Positions 10,142-18,894 are shown, numbered from the stretch's first letter. The stretch: 64,000 bases of DNA from a virus (IMGVR_UViG_3300029258_005166:71445-135444); one strand, 5' to 3'. Translations and numbers: made by a program. The notes: generated from the letters alone by a model not told the origin.

Positions 10142-10885
10142 ATGGATAAGATCCACGTCTATTCGCCGTGCTACAACGAAGAGAAAATGTTGCCGTACTA
10201 CCTGCGGCATTACGAAACAATAGCAGACAAGATCTTCATCTATGACAATGAATCCACCGACCAGTCAGCCGCAATCATAGAGAAACATCCGAAGGCTGTT
10301 TTAAAACATCTACCGTATCAAAAAAATCTTCCTTTAAACCGGATTCTCGACAAAGTGAGAAACCATAAATGGAAAAAAAGCCGAGAGCAAACTGAGTGGG
10401 TAATTGTCTGTGACCTGGATGAGTTTTTGGTTCGTCCCAAATTACATTGCTTCCTAGATAAGTGTGCAGAGCAAGGGACAACGATTCTTCGTGCCAAAGG
10501 ATTTAACATGTATTCCGAGGAATTTCCGCAAACTACAGGACAAATTTACCATGTTGTCAATCAGGGAGTTGCTAGTGTTTGGTATGACAAGAAGGCTATT
10601 TTCAATCCCAACAAGGTTACAACTATGCAATTTGGTCTAGGGTGCCACCATGCCCGCCCAAAAGGGGATGTAAAAATAGGAAGAGATCGATTGTTGAATC
10701 TCCTGCATTTTAGATATTTAGGTGTCGAATACACAAAGGAACGAGTGCAAATCGGTGGTTCCCGAAGAAAACTTGATCGAGCCCAAGGAATGTCTCGACA
10801 CTTCATTTTGTCAAAAGCTCTCAAGATGGTGAAACCACCAAACAAAACAAAAAGACCTCCTTGCTTAGAAATGCGATTGATGTAA
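10142..10885 (+). CDS. Glycosyltransferase family 2-like protein
   Basis: YNEE..LPYYL, DNESTD, WVIVCDLDEFL (DxD). Confidence 0.85.
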   Translation: MDKIHVYSPCYNEEKMLPYYLRHYETIADKIFIYDNESTDQSAAIIEKHPKAVLKHLPYQKNLPLNRILDKVRNHKWKKSREQTEWVIVCDLDEFLVRPKLHCFLDKCAEQGTTILRAKGFNMYSEEFPQTTGQIYHVVNQGVASVWYDKKAIFNPNKVTTMQFGLGCHHARPKGDVKIGRDRLLNLLHFRYLGVEYTKERVQIGGSRRKLDRAQGMSRHFILSKALKMVKPPNKTKRPPCLEMRLM

Positions 10886-10916
10886 CTCTTCTATTGATGA
10901 AAGAAAGGAGGGTAAG

Positions 10917-11735
10917 ATGAAGACACTTATCATTTTAATTGCACTGTTGTTCGTTCCCGCCGTATGTTGGGGTAAAGAAGTTCAAGAACCACCTGTTACA
11001 ATTCCAAATGCTACCAAGCCCGTAGCAGATCCCGTAGCACAGGCCATTGGATTGGAACCCGATAAGGCCGTTCCACACGACGATTCGAAAACCAAGAAAA
11101 AGAACGCCGAAAAGAAACTGTTCGCCATCTCATCTGTTACTTATCCCGGCAACAATTGGATGGGACATGGTTGGCATCAGGGATACGGAGGATATGGAGA
11201 TGGTTGGGGTGATTACCATCACGCTAGCACAGCAGGAGAAGGGTATTTGTCCGGTTATGGTCGCCTATATCGAGGCTACGGACAATATCTTGTAAGCAGA
11301 GGGATGTATCTCAATCTCTATCAAGATGCTCGTCATAGAGCCATCGTTAATCATCGCGATGCAGTGCATACTTGGTGGCAACTCAAAGACGAATATAAGG
11401 AACGATTTAGGAGAGATAATCCAACATACCTAGAACGACAAGAAAGACGTTTTGATACAGCCATCAGAGCCCATGAGATCCAAGAGAAAGAAAAGAAACT
11501 AATCGCGGCGGGCATTTTGCCGCCAAGAGAACCTAGTTCTTTCACATACCAAGGCATAACGTACCCCAGCTATAAAGCATTCAAAAGTTCGCCCGGCTGG
11601 ATCAATATGAAAATGGAATCCATGCAAAACATAGCGGACAGAAAAAGACAAGCCCAAGAACAAGAAGAGCGATATCGCCAAGCCCTTCAGAAGTTTGAAG
11701 AATCTCGAAATACTGTCAAAGGCTCGACCTACTAA
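10917..11735 (+). CDS. Exported protein with G/Y/W-rich segment and HHASTAxEG motif
   Basis: Signal peptide, GGAGG RBS; motif resembles a family recalled from Planctomycetes (unverified). Confidence 0.6.
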   Translation: MKTLIILIALLFVPAVCWGKEVQEPPVTIPNATKPVADPVAQAIGLEPDKAVPHDDSKTKKKNAEKKLFAISSVTYPGNNWMGHGWHQGYGGYGDGWGDYHHASTAGEGYLSGYGRLYRGYGQYLVSRGMYLNLYQDARHRAIVNHRDAVHTWWQLKDEYKERFRRDNPTYLERQERRFDTAIRAHEIQEKEKKLIAAGILPPREPSSFTYQGITYPSYKAFKSSPGWINMKMESMQNIADRKRQAQEQEERYRQALQKFEESRNTVKGSTY

Positions 11736-11753
11736 ACTTGGGATCAACCACCT

Positions 11754-11788
11754 AAGGCACCGCTCCCGCGAAGCGGGAGCGGTGCCTT
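11754..11788. terminator. Perfect 16-bp palindrome, GAA loop, between convergent genes
   Basis: AAGGCACCGCTCCCGC-GAA-GCGGGAGCGGTGCCTT + TTT. Confidence 0.85.
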
Positions 11789-11790
11789 TT

Positions 11791-12075
11791 TCATTTATAT
11801 CGAAGTTTTACGATATAGAAATCGGCATCTTGACCAATTGACGTAAATTCAACTTTCGTGAATGTCCATTTCTTCATTGGAACCCAGACAGTGATCCACA
11901 TTGGTCTTTCAATCCGTTGAAGCACCACACTATCCTCAGGATCGTACTCTCGTTTTATTGTAAGCATTGGATTGCATTTTTTTAAAAAGAACAATGTGGT
12001 TTCTTTTTTGTCTTCATCAACAATTGCATTCGAACAATGTTGCCCATCAAATTCGTATTTACGTCCGTATGACAT
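11791..12075 (-). CDS. Hypothetical protein
   Basis: ORF adjacent to and co-oriented with the upstream minus-strand run. Confidence 0.6.
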   Translation of the reverse strand: MSYGRKYEFDGQHCSNAIVDEDKKETTLFFLKKCNPMLTIKREYDPEDSVVLQRIERPMWITVWVPMKKWTFTKVEFTSIGQDADFYIVKLRYK

Positions 12076-12076
12076 T

Positions 12077-12865
12077 CTATTTCTCCACTTTCTCTAGTTT
12101 ATCTCTTGGTCCCACCCAATGCACTATGTAACTTTCTGGGTGGTCAATTCGTATGGCTTTCAATCTTTCTTTCGGGTCAGAAATTAAATATTGTTCACGT
12201 TCATGAAACTTGCCACGCATCTTAAAGTTCGGGGGAGTGTTGTATTTGATATCCAACAGAATCAAGTCCGTTTTCCCCAGAGTGTTCACGGCATAACAGA
12301 GCATGTCTTGATCGCAAGTTTTGGTTTTTTCTCGCAGGATTGGGTTGGAAGTCACAAAGAACGTGGTGGCGGCCCACAAATCTATGATTTCATTTCCCTT
12401 ATTCCAACCCACCACTCCCGAATTGAGAGGCACGATTCCTGCACTTGGGCAACATAGCCGACCGAGCAGTTCCAAACTGGCGGCCATATCGGGGCTCGTA
12501 AACGGAAAGACAAAGAAGGCTTCCTGTCGGTCCAGGACGTTGAACATCTCGTCCAATCCTCTTAACGGAACAGCGTCGGCATCAATCCAAATGGTTTGAT
12601 CGAAAGGACTTTGCAGACACTTGAATGGCTTTTGGTAGGCCTCGATTGGGATCTTCCGTGTTGATTTCCCCTGACAGAGAAAGGGGTGCATAGGTATCGG
12701 ATCGAGCCAAGTCACATCATATGATTCCAAGAGTGCCGCATATTCTTCGCACAGGCCATCATCGAAAACGGCAAGTTCTATTCCTTGTTCTTGACAGGAC
12801 AAGGCGAAAAGCTCTAGGGTGGGGATGTATAGATCGGCAGCCCCAGTAATGATTCCCTTAGACAT
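12077..12865 (-). CDS. GT-A fold glycosyltransferase (GT8/nucleotide-diphospho-sugar transferase-like)
   Basis: KP..SPFDQTIWIDAD, NSGV, DQD, HW motifs. Confidence 0.75.
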   Translation of the reverse strand: MSKGIITGAADLYIPTLELFALSCQEQGIELAVFDDGLCEEYAALLESYDVTWLDPIPMHPFLCQGKSTRKIPIEAYQKPFKCLQSPFDQTIWIDADAVPLRGLDEMFNVLDRQEAFFVFPFTSPDMAASLELLGRLCCPSAGIVPLNSGVVGWNKGNEIIDLWAATTFFVTSNPILREKTKTCDQDMLCYAVNTLGKTDLILLDIKYNTPPNFKMRGKFHEREQYLISDPKERLKAIRIDHPESYIVHWVGPRDKLEKVEK

Positions 12866-13280
12866 CTTTTTTTAAAGCCCAACAATCATAGTGTTTTTTT
12901 GTGACACGGAAACCACATTTCTCATAGAATTTTTTAGCACGATACACAAAGGCAGTCTCCACAACAACTTTGGATTTGTTCAACCTTTTTGCCTTTTTTA
13001 TTGCTTCTTGAATCAACTTAGTGCCAACACCTTTTTTCCGACTCCCTGCTTTCACTATCAGGGCGGAAATATAGATGCTGTTTCGTATAGGTGTCAGTAC
13101 AATTGTTCCAACAATGATTTCGTTATCGATTGCAATTTTAATTTCATGGTTTTTGATAGCTGCATCGATAGCTGCGAGTCTCGCATATTCAAGACAGATA
13201 TCTTTGCCAATTTTGTTTAAGGAGCAAAATAAGCCCAAAAGAGCCTTTCGATCCTGATGTCTAGCAGATACGGTTTTCAT
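12858..13280 (-). CDS. GNAT N-acetyltransferase
   Basis: RKKGVGTKL acetyl-CoA motif; AKKFYEKCGF. Confidence 0.85.
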   Translation of the reverse strand: MKTVSARHQDRKALLGLFCSLNKIGKDICLEYARLAAIDAAIKNHEIKIAIDNEIIVGTIVLTPIRNSIYISALIVKAGSRKKGVGTKLIQEAIKKAKRLNKSKVVVETAFVYRAKKFYEKCGFRVTKKHYDCWALKKDV

Positions 13281-13696
13281 TTATTTCCCTTAAAGGGATT
13301 CGCCCCTAAATTCAAGATCATCTGGAAGCTTTTCATACGAGGGGCAGGCAACTCAGTCCACCGAAACCAATGCCAACATTCGCATTTGTTGGGTTCCATT
13401 ACTTTTGCTTCGCCTGAAATCCAGTCGGCCACCATGAAGATCGTGACGTAGTGTTTGTTTTCATCAAAGTATCTGGCATTCGCTATCGTCCAAAATTCGG
13501 GATGAGTTACATTTAACTCTGGGCCCGCTTCTTCGTGCATCTCGCGAATGGCTGCATTGGCAAATGTTTCCATAAACTCTAGGTGCCCACCTGGAAAAGC
13601 CCAGGTGCCATAGCAATGGTTGCATTTCCTCTTGTGCATTAGAACTTTGTCTTCACGTCGAATCGCTAGACAGATCCCTACTTTCGGTCTTTCCAT
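13277..13696 (-). CDS. Nudix hydrolase (MutT/NUDT15-like)
   Basis: Nudix box GGHLEFMETFANAAIREMHEEAG; EPNKCECWHWF. Confidence 0.92.
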   Translation of the reverse strand: MERPKVGICLAIRREDKVLMHKRKCNHCYGTWAFPGGHLEFMETFANAAIREMHEEAGPELNVTHPEFWTIANARYFDENKHYVTIFMVADWISGEAKVMEPNKCECWHWFRWTELPAPRMKSFQMILNLGANPFKGNK

Positions 13697-14035
13697 TGGC
13701 CAAGCCTTTCTTTAACACCTCAAAGCTATAGTTGTGTTTAAGATAGTGAGCAATATCTGTATCAGTATAGCCCAAAGCTAGACCTAATGCAATGTCGAAT
13801 TTAACCGTGGTTTCATCAAACTTTCTACCTCTATCTTCGTAAGGATACAAATCCCAAGCCGCCGAGACCGCATCGAAATCTTCTTCGTAACGGTAGACGG
13901 CATACTTAGCCATGTTGGGTGGTCGTTTGGCTAATTTAGGGATGCGTTTCATTTTGATGTAACCTGTTTCCACGTAACGGTTTGCGGCAAGCCAAGCAAG
14001 CTCCTCTTTAACAACAGCAATAGGTTTTTTGCCAT
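13653..14035 (-). pseudogene. 3' part of a 147-aa hypothetical gene interrupted by the IS605 composite
   Basis: Joins in frame to 16258-16318 when 14036-16257 is removed (...KDLA/DGKKPIAV...). Confidence 0.75.
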
Positions 14036-14073
14036 CTGTGACGCACCACGGGGCAAGCCCCGTGGCTTCGTGC

Positions 14074-15263
14074 CTATCTAACCGATGCAAGTTCGGTTAG
14101 GGCTAAGCATTGTTTTTTCTTGGCTCTACGACAAGCACTGTCATTATCTGACTGTAACCTCTTATCATCCCCAAGCGTAAATTCCCGTGCGTCCCACGGT
14201 ATATTTTTCATCGCTATATTCTTAATGTTGATAGCGGCATTTAAGTCTCTGTCCATCTTCATTCCACATTGTTCACAACAGAATGTTCGGTCTTGAAGCA
14301 TTTGGTCTGTGTCCTTCCATCCACAACAATGGCAAGTCTTACTGCTTGGCTCAAATGTCCCTATTTCAAGAAACACTTTGCCACTCCACTCTGACTTATA
14401 CTTCAACTTTTGCTTAAAACTATACCAACCAACATCGGCTATACTTTTGGCAAGATTGTGGTTTTTCATCATGCCTTCAATGTTCAGTGTTTCCAAAGCA
14501 AATCCATCATATTTGGCTATCATACGACTTGTGATTTGATGTTGGAAATTACTTCTTGATGAAGTCTCGCAACCTTGATCCGTTGTTTGTTTCTGTTCTG
14601 CCCGCCTTTCTTTCTCCGAGAAAGTATACGTTGGGCTTTATTCAACCTTCTTTCATGCTTTCTTAATACTCGTTCGTTTCCGATTGTTGTCCCATCGGAC
14701 AATGTAGCAAATGTTTTCAGACCTACATCTATGCCAACAACATTGTCTGTGTTTGTATTTGGTCGTTTGATTTTTAGTTCGCACAAAACTGAACAATACC
14801 ACTGGTCGCCATCTTGTTTAACAGTGATACTTTTGACTTTACCTTTATATGGTCTGTGTTTAACCCATTGAACTTCGCCAATCTTTGGAATGAATACAAA
14901 CCTTTTGTTGAGACGAAACTTCTGTGGAACAGTTAAACCATCTTGATATTTCTTTTTCTTGTGTTTGGGAAACTCACGGATGCCTGCAATGAAGTCTTTT
15001 AATGCTCTATCAAAAAACCTGCCCACTTGTTGAAGTGATTGGCTAAACGTGAGTCCGAGAAAGTCATGTTCTTTTTTGAGTTTAGGGATGGAAGTAATGA
15101 GTTCGTGAGCAAATACGAACTTACCTGTGGTTTCATACTGCCGCTGGTTCATATCAAGAAACCTATTCCAAAGGAAACGGCAGTTTCCACATTGTTGTTT
15201 TAATTGTTGTTCCTGTTTTTTCGTTGGATACAACCTATATCTGTATGCTCTTAATATCTTCAC
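14074..15263 (-). pseudogene. tnpB: TnpB split by a frameshifting deletion near 14555
   Basis: N-part AYRYRLYPT, VGIDVG (RuvC-I); C-part ETLNIEGM, SSKTCHCCG, CEQCG, DRDLNAAINI; frames switch at RLHQ/RSNFQHQITSRM. Confidence 0.9.
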
Positions 15264-15691
15264 TCTTCCTCATCAAACTCTTTTTGCTCTTGAATGTATC
15301 CTTTAATTGTATCAGCACTGACAAACCCAATCGTGCTAATGAATTTTCCTTCTGACCACAATGAACCGCAACGTGAGTAGAAATTTTTGAGTGCATAGAA
15401 ATTCTTAAACAACTCAATGGCTGATATACTCTTGAAAGTTCGCACAATATCTGATGGGGCAACCGTTGGTTTTGCACCTATGAAAAGATGCACATGGTCA
15501 GGCATGACTTCCATCTCTATAATTTCATACTCATACTTCTCGGCAATTTGTTGGAAGATTTCTTTCAGTTCTTTTGCTACATCACCTTTCAACACTGAAA
15601 ATCTAAACTTTGGACACCACACAAGATGATATTGGCAAAGATAGACACAGTGGTTAAGTGCTTTGTATTTCTTCTTGCGTTTCTTGCTCAT
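15260..15691 (-). CDS. tnpA: IS200-type Y1 (HUH) transposase TnpA
   Basis: YHLVWCPK, MPDHVHL (HUH), LWS, YIQEQ. Confidence 0.95.
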   Translation of the reverse strand: MSKKRKKKYKALNHCVYLCQYHLVWCPKFRFSVLKGDVAKELKEIFQQIAEKYEYEIIEMEVMPDHVHLFIGAKPTVAPSDIVRTFKSISAIELFKNFYALKNFYSRCGSLWSEGKFISTIGFVSADTIKGYIQEQKEFDEEE

Positions 15692-16066
15692 GGAGTTCGT
15701 ATTTCTCCTGCACCGCAGTCCTAATTAGGTCTTGGTAGGAGAGGGTCTTTTCTTCTTCCACAGAGAAAATGCGAGCCAGCCGTTCCAACTGTCTCTTCCA
15801 ATCCTCTGGACCTATTCTATTATAGTAGCATCCCTACTATATCTATACAACAAAATGTAATTTTGATGGAATTTTTGGAGATTTCACCAGACCATCAACA
15901 GACAACAATATACTAAATAGAATTGAGCGTAGTCAATAATTCATACTATGGCGGCTTACATCCACGACCCAAGGGCTGGCACTTTCGTTCGTTTCGCTCC
16001 GCTCAACTCGCTCTCAGTGCCAGCATTTTTGCGTTGCAAAAATGTCATGGTTTTACGCCGCCGATT

Positions 16067-16257
16067 ATAACGCTGCGAAAAATATCGCAGCACGGGCTGC
16101 ATCAACCAGCCTATTGTCGTCCGCTAAGGAACTGTCAAAAGTTGCTTAGAATTGGAATGACAAGCCCCTACAATCCGAAGGATTGTTGGGTCATAAAGCG
16201 AACGAGCGTTAGCGAGTGAAACTATGACTCAACCTCTTTAGGGTAGGGGTAGTTGAC
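16067..16257 (+). mobile_element. Remnant of a second IS605 element: tnpB C-terminal codons, omega-RNA region and right end
   Basis: Reads (DY)NAAKNIAARA.., then CAAG-CCCCTAC...GTAGGGG-TAGT-TGAC with matching guide/cleavage pair CAAG/TGAC. Confidence 0.75.
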
Positions 16258-16318
16258 CTGCAAGATCCTTGATTGGCTCTGGTAAGGGCTGTACCTTTTT
16301 CCCCTTTTTTTTAGACAT
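16258..16318 (-). pseudogene. 5' part (MSKKKGKKVQPLPEPIKDLA) of the IS-interrupted gene
   Basis: GGAGG RBS upstream; in-frame join to 14035. Confidence 0.75.
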
Positions 16319-16393
16319 AAATACCTCCGAAATGAGTTTTAAGGTGTGAAAATTAAGGTGTGATGCTATAGAAGAGTATGAAATTCCAAAAAA

Positions 16394-17173
16394 TTACATT
16401 AACCAAGTGGGCTGAAGTAATCTGCGATGAAGTTCGGCATTTTTCTCCATAAAAGGAATTGTCCATTCAATACCTGTCTTTTTTATTCGACTCATTACAA
16501 GTGCCATTTCCGAAAGTCTTGATTGAAAACGTTTTCTTGAAACTGACCTTTGCCATATTCGTTGCATTTGGCCGACAGACGCAATGGTTCGATTCGCTAC
16601 ACTCAGAAGTGCCCTGATTCTGGCCGATTTGATTCTTTTTGCATGATTTCCAAAGGAAACGTGATGAAGCAAAAGCTTTTGAAACTTAGGTGTATTTTGA
16701 ATTATGGATTTTCGAACCGCAAAGTTACATGTCCTGAAAGACTTAAACCCATATTTTGTTCTTGGGTTGTCTGTGAATGCCATATTCCAATGAATTATGG
16801 CCGCACTTTGGCTCGAAAGCCGAGAAGCAAGTTTTGGACTGATCCAATCATCATCATCTATAGGCACAATGTAGGCATCCTCCTCATTCTTCTTGCATTC
16901 CTGTTTAAGAGCTTCGAAGCCTTTAACCACCTTGACTCCTACAAATGTCTCTTCGGCAAGCTCCTTGACTCTCGCCCGAAATGTGAAATAGTCTATTTGA
17001 AAAATTTGATTCCACAAATCAAAAAATATTTTGTTTGCTTTAAACCATTTCAGAATAGCCTTCCCTTCGGTCTCTCTCCCTCCAGGGCCGAATCTGGGAT
17101 TTTGGCTCATAAATTCCTTCATCGTCATATCCGCCCAGTCAATATTATGTCTGACAAATACGATGGTTTCCAT
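16394..17173 (-). CDS. Putative glycosyltransferase-like protein
   Basis: IVPIDDDDW motif; start moved to METIV. Confidence 0.45.
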   Translation of the reverse strand: METIVFVRHNIDWADMTMKEFMSQNPRFGPGGRETEGKAILKWFKANKIFFDLWNQIFQIDYFTFRARVKELAEETFVGVKVVKGFEALKQECKKNEEDAYIVPIDDDDWISPKLASRLSSQSAAIIHWNMAFTDNPRTKYGFKSFRTCNFAVRKSIIQNTPKFQKLLLHHVSFGNHAKRIKSARIRALLSVANRTIASVGQMQRIWQRSVSRKRFQSRLSEMALVMSRIKKTGIEWTIPFMEKNAELHRRLLQPTWLM

Positions 17174-17242
17174 TAAAGTCCTCAGAGAGTCCCGCCGATA
17201 TTTATTGTAACTAATTAACATTCTAAAACGGAGAAACCTGAA

Positions 17243-17689
17243 ATGACTATCGCAACAAAAGTAAATCCAAATCATGTCTGCCAAAATGACCTCATGGCCT
17301 TTATTTACTTCGCCCGAGTGGAGAAAAATGATCGGGGAGAAACCCTAAAGGTATATGATCTAGACAACCAGAAGGAAATGTGAGTCTCTGGACCACAACT
17401 CATCGAAAATTCGTTTTCTGCGGATCGGTATGAAAAAGAAGAAAGGGTCGCAAAAATGAAGGCCGCTGAAATCCTGGTCAACGCTTATCACCGACCTCTG
17501 ACCGTCTGCTTCGTCAAGAACGATGGCACAGAAAGAACCTTGAGGGGCCGACTCGTCAAACCAGAACCACTCCTGGGACGCAGCACTGTTGAAGATCTCG
17601 ACGTAACCAATGGAAATCGTCTGCGTCTGGTCGATCATCGAACCATCAAATGGATAGTCGTGGATGGTACTAAGTATACGGTAAAATAA
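17243..17689 (+). pseudogene. WYL/Sm-like SH3-barrel phage protein with one in-frame TGA (17381-17383)
   Basis: GGAG RBS + ATG 17243, same frame as ORF 17456-17689 (TVCFVKNDGTERTLRG...RLVDHRTI). Confidence 0.6.
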
Positions 17690-17740
17690 GAGCCTTTGCG
17701 GCAAAAGGCTCTTTGCCGCTTTGCGGCAAAAGGCTCTTTG
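17688..17740. repeat. Rearranged triloop hairpin with 22-bp direct repeat
   Basis: CTTTGCGGCAAAAGGCTCTTTG at 17694-17715 and 17719-17740. Confidence 0.8.
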
Positions 17741-17757
17741 TCCATCTACATATAGGC

Positions 17758-18369
17758 ATGAAGCGATTTGTTTTGCTCAACAAGTTGATTAAAGCCAATC
17801 AGTATCGGAGTTATCTTGAGATCGGTACGGCCAAACATGAAACTTTCCGAAGAATTGCGTGCGATATAAAAGTGGGAGTTGATATATCCAACAAATACAG
17901 TCCTACTTATCACATGTCATCGGACGTTTTTTTCCAGAAACCGTATCAATTTAAACCCAAGAATTTCGATCTTATTTTCATTGATGGATTACATTTACAA
18001 GATCAAGTAATGCGGGACATCCTAAACTCACTTGCTGTACTCACGCCAAACGGTACTATTGTCTGCCACGACATGAATCCTGCCACCCAAAAAACTCAAT
18101 TGCCCAAACATCCCAAACGACGAGGAAGCTGGCATGGAGATTGTTGGAAAGCCTGGGTGAGCTTGCGAAGATCCCGAAAGGACTTGCAAATGTTCGTTGT
18201 GGATGCAGATTCAGGTTGTGGGGTTATCAGAAGAGGCTGTCAAACCATTTTGAGCGACAATGAAGAGTTAACATGGGAGAATTTTCGAAAGTATCGCAAA
18301 GAATGGCTCAATCTAATCACTATTGAAGAGTTTCTTTTACGGCTCAGATATTCGGCTTCTTTTCTATAG
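17758..18369 (+). CDS. Class I SAM methyltransferase (Methyltransf_24-like)
   Basis: YLEIG, FDLIFIDGLH, GTIVCHD, WHGDCWKA. Confidence 0.85.
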   Translation: MKRFVLLNKLIKANQYRSYLEIGTAKHETFRRIACDIKVGVDISNKYSPTYHMSSDVFFQKPYQFKPKNFDLIFIDGLHLQDQVMRDILNSLAVLTPNGTIVCHDMNPATQKTQLPKHPKRRGSWHGDCWKAWVSLRRSRKDLQMFVVDADSGCGVIRRGCQTILSDNEELTWENFRKYRKEWLNLITIEEFLLRLRYSASFL

Positions 18370-18892
18370 GAATGTAGGGAGGAGCATTTTCATCTTTTGC
18401 CGATAGAATATACCCTCCTGGTGGCTTTCGAATTTCGGCCTCGGGCCATTCTATTCCAAATGATTGGTAATGCCAATCCTTCTCTACGCCGGGTTGATAA
18501 GTTTGGTCTTTTAGATAAACCATCACCGTGGGCTCCTCGGCAGCAAAGAAGCCATGTCCACAACCTTTAGGAATAAAAACTTTCATGGCAAGGTGCCCAG
18601 ATAACCATATGCCCTCCCATTCCAAATAAGTCGGGGAATCGGGACGTAAGTCTACGATAACATCAAATAGACTGCCTGTCACACATGAGACAAATTTGTT
18701 GTAGGGAGCCCAATGAATGCCCCTGATTACTCCTCGGGTTGATGTGGAACATACTATGTGATTCCATTTTGCTTGGATTTTCGAATCCACCCAATCTTCA
18801 CTATAGATCTCTTGTAGAAACCCTCGATAATCTTCATATTTCTGTGTCTTAACCGTATAACAATCTCGTATTTTTGTTGGTGTAATCTTCAT
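18344..18892 (-). CDS. rmlC: dTDP-4-dehydrorhamnose 3,5-epimerase-like protein
   Basis: DYRG, RGIH, DVIVDLRPDSPT, IPKGCGHGF, LSAKD. Confidence 0.9.
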   Translation of the reverse strand: MKITPTKIRDCYTVKTQKYEDYRGFLQEIYSEDWVDSKIQAKWNHIVCSTSTRGVIRGIHWAPYNKFVSCVTGSLFDVIVDLRPDSPTYLEWEGIWLSGHLAMKVFIPKGCGHGFFAAEEPTVMVYLKDQTYQPGVEKDWHYQSFGIEWPEAEIRKPPGGYILSAKDENAPPYIPIEKKPNI

Positions 18893-18894
18893 TG

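Larger units (their letters stand above)
14038..16066 (-). mobile_element. IS200/IS605-family element (tnpA + frameshifted tnpB)
   Basis: Right end GAAG-CCACGGGGCTTGCCCCGTGG-TGCG-TCAC at 14069-14038; left end GGCGGCGTAAAACCATGAC...GTCGTGGATGTAAGCCGCC preceded by TTAT (16070-16067). Confidence 0.85.

Noticed and set aside
16067-16257. IscB/HEARO RNA on the minus strand (starts GTCAACTACCCC)
   Set aside because: The plus strand gives TnpB C-terminal codons (NAAKNIAAR) and a matching CAAG/TGAC right end; no iscB ORF is present.
14036-16259. IStron (group I intron + IS605), since the element lies in the sense direction of a gene
   Set aside because: No placement of the junction gives an exon ending in U with an intron ending in G, no P7-like core is visible, and the 5' region is explained by a tnpB tail and IS ends. 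The GT...AG boundaries look coincidental.
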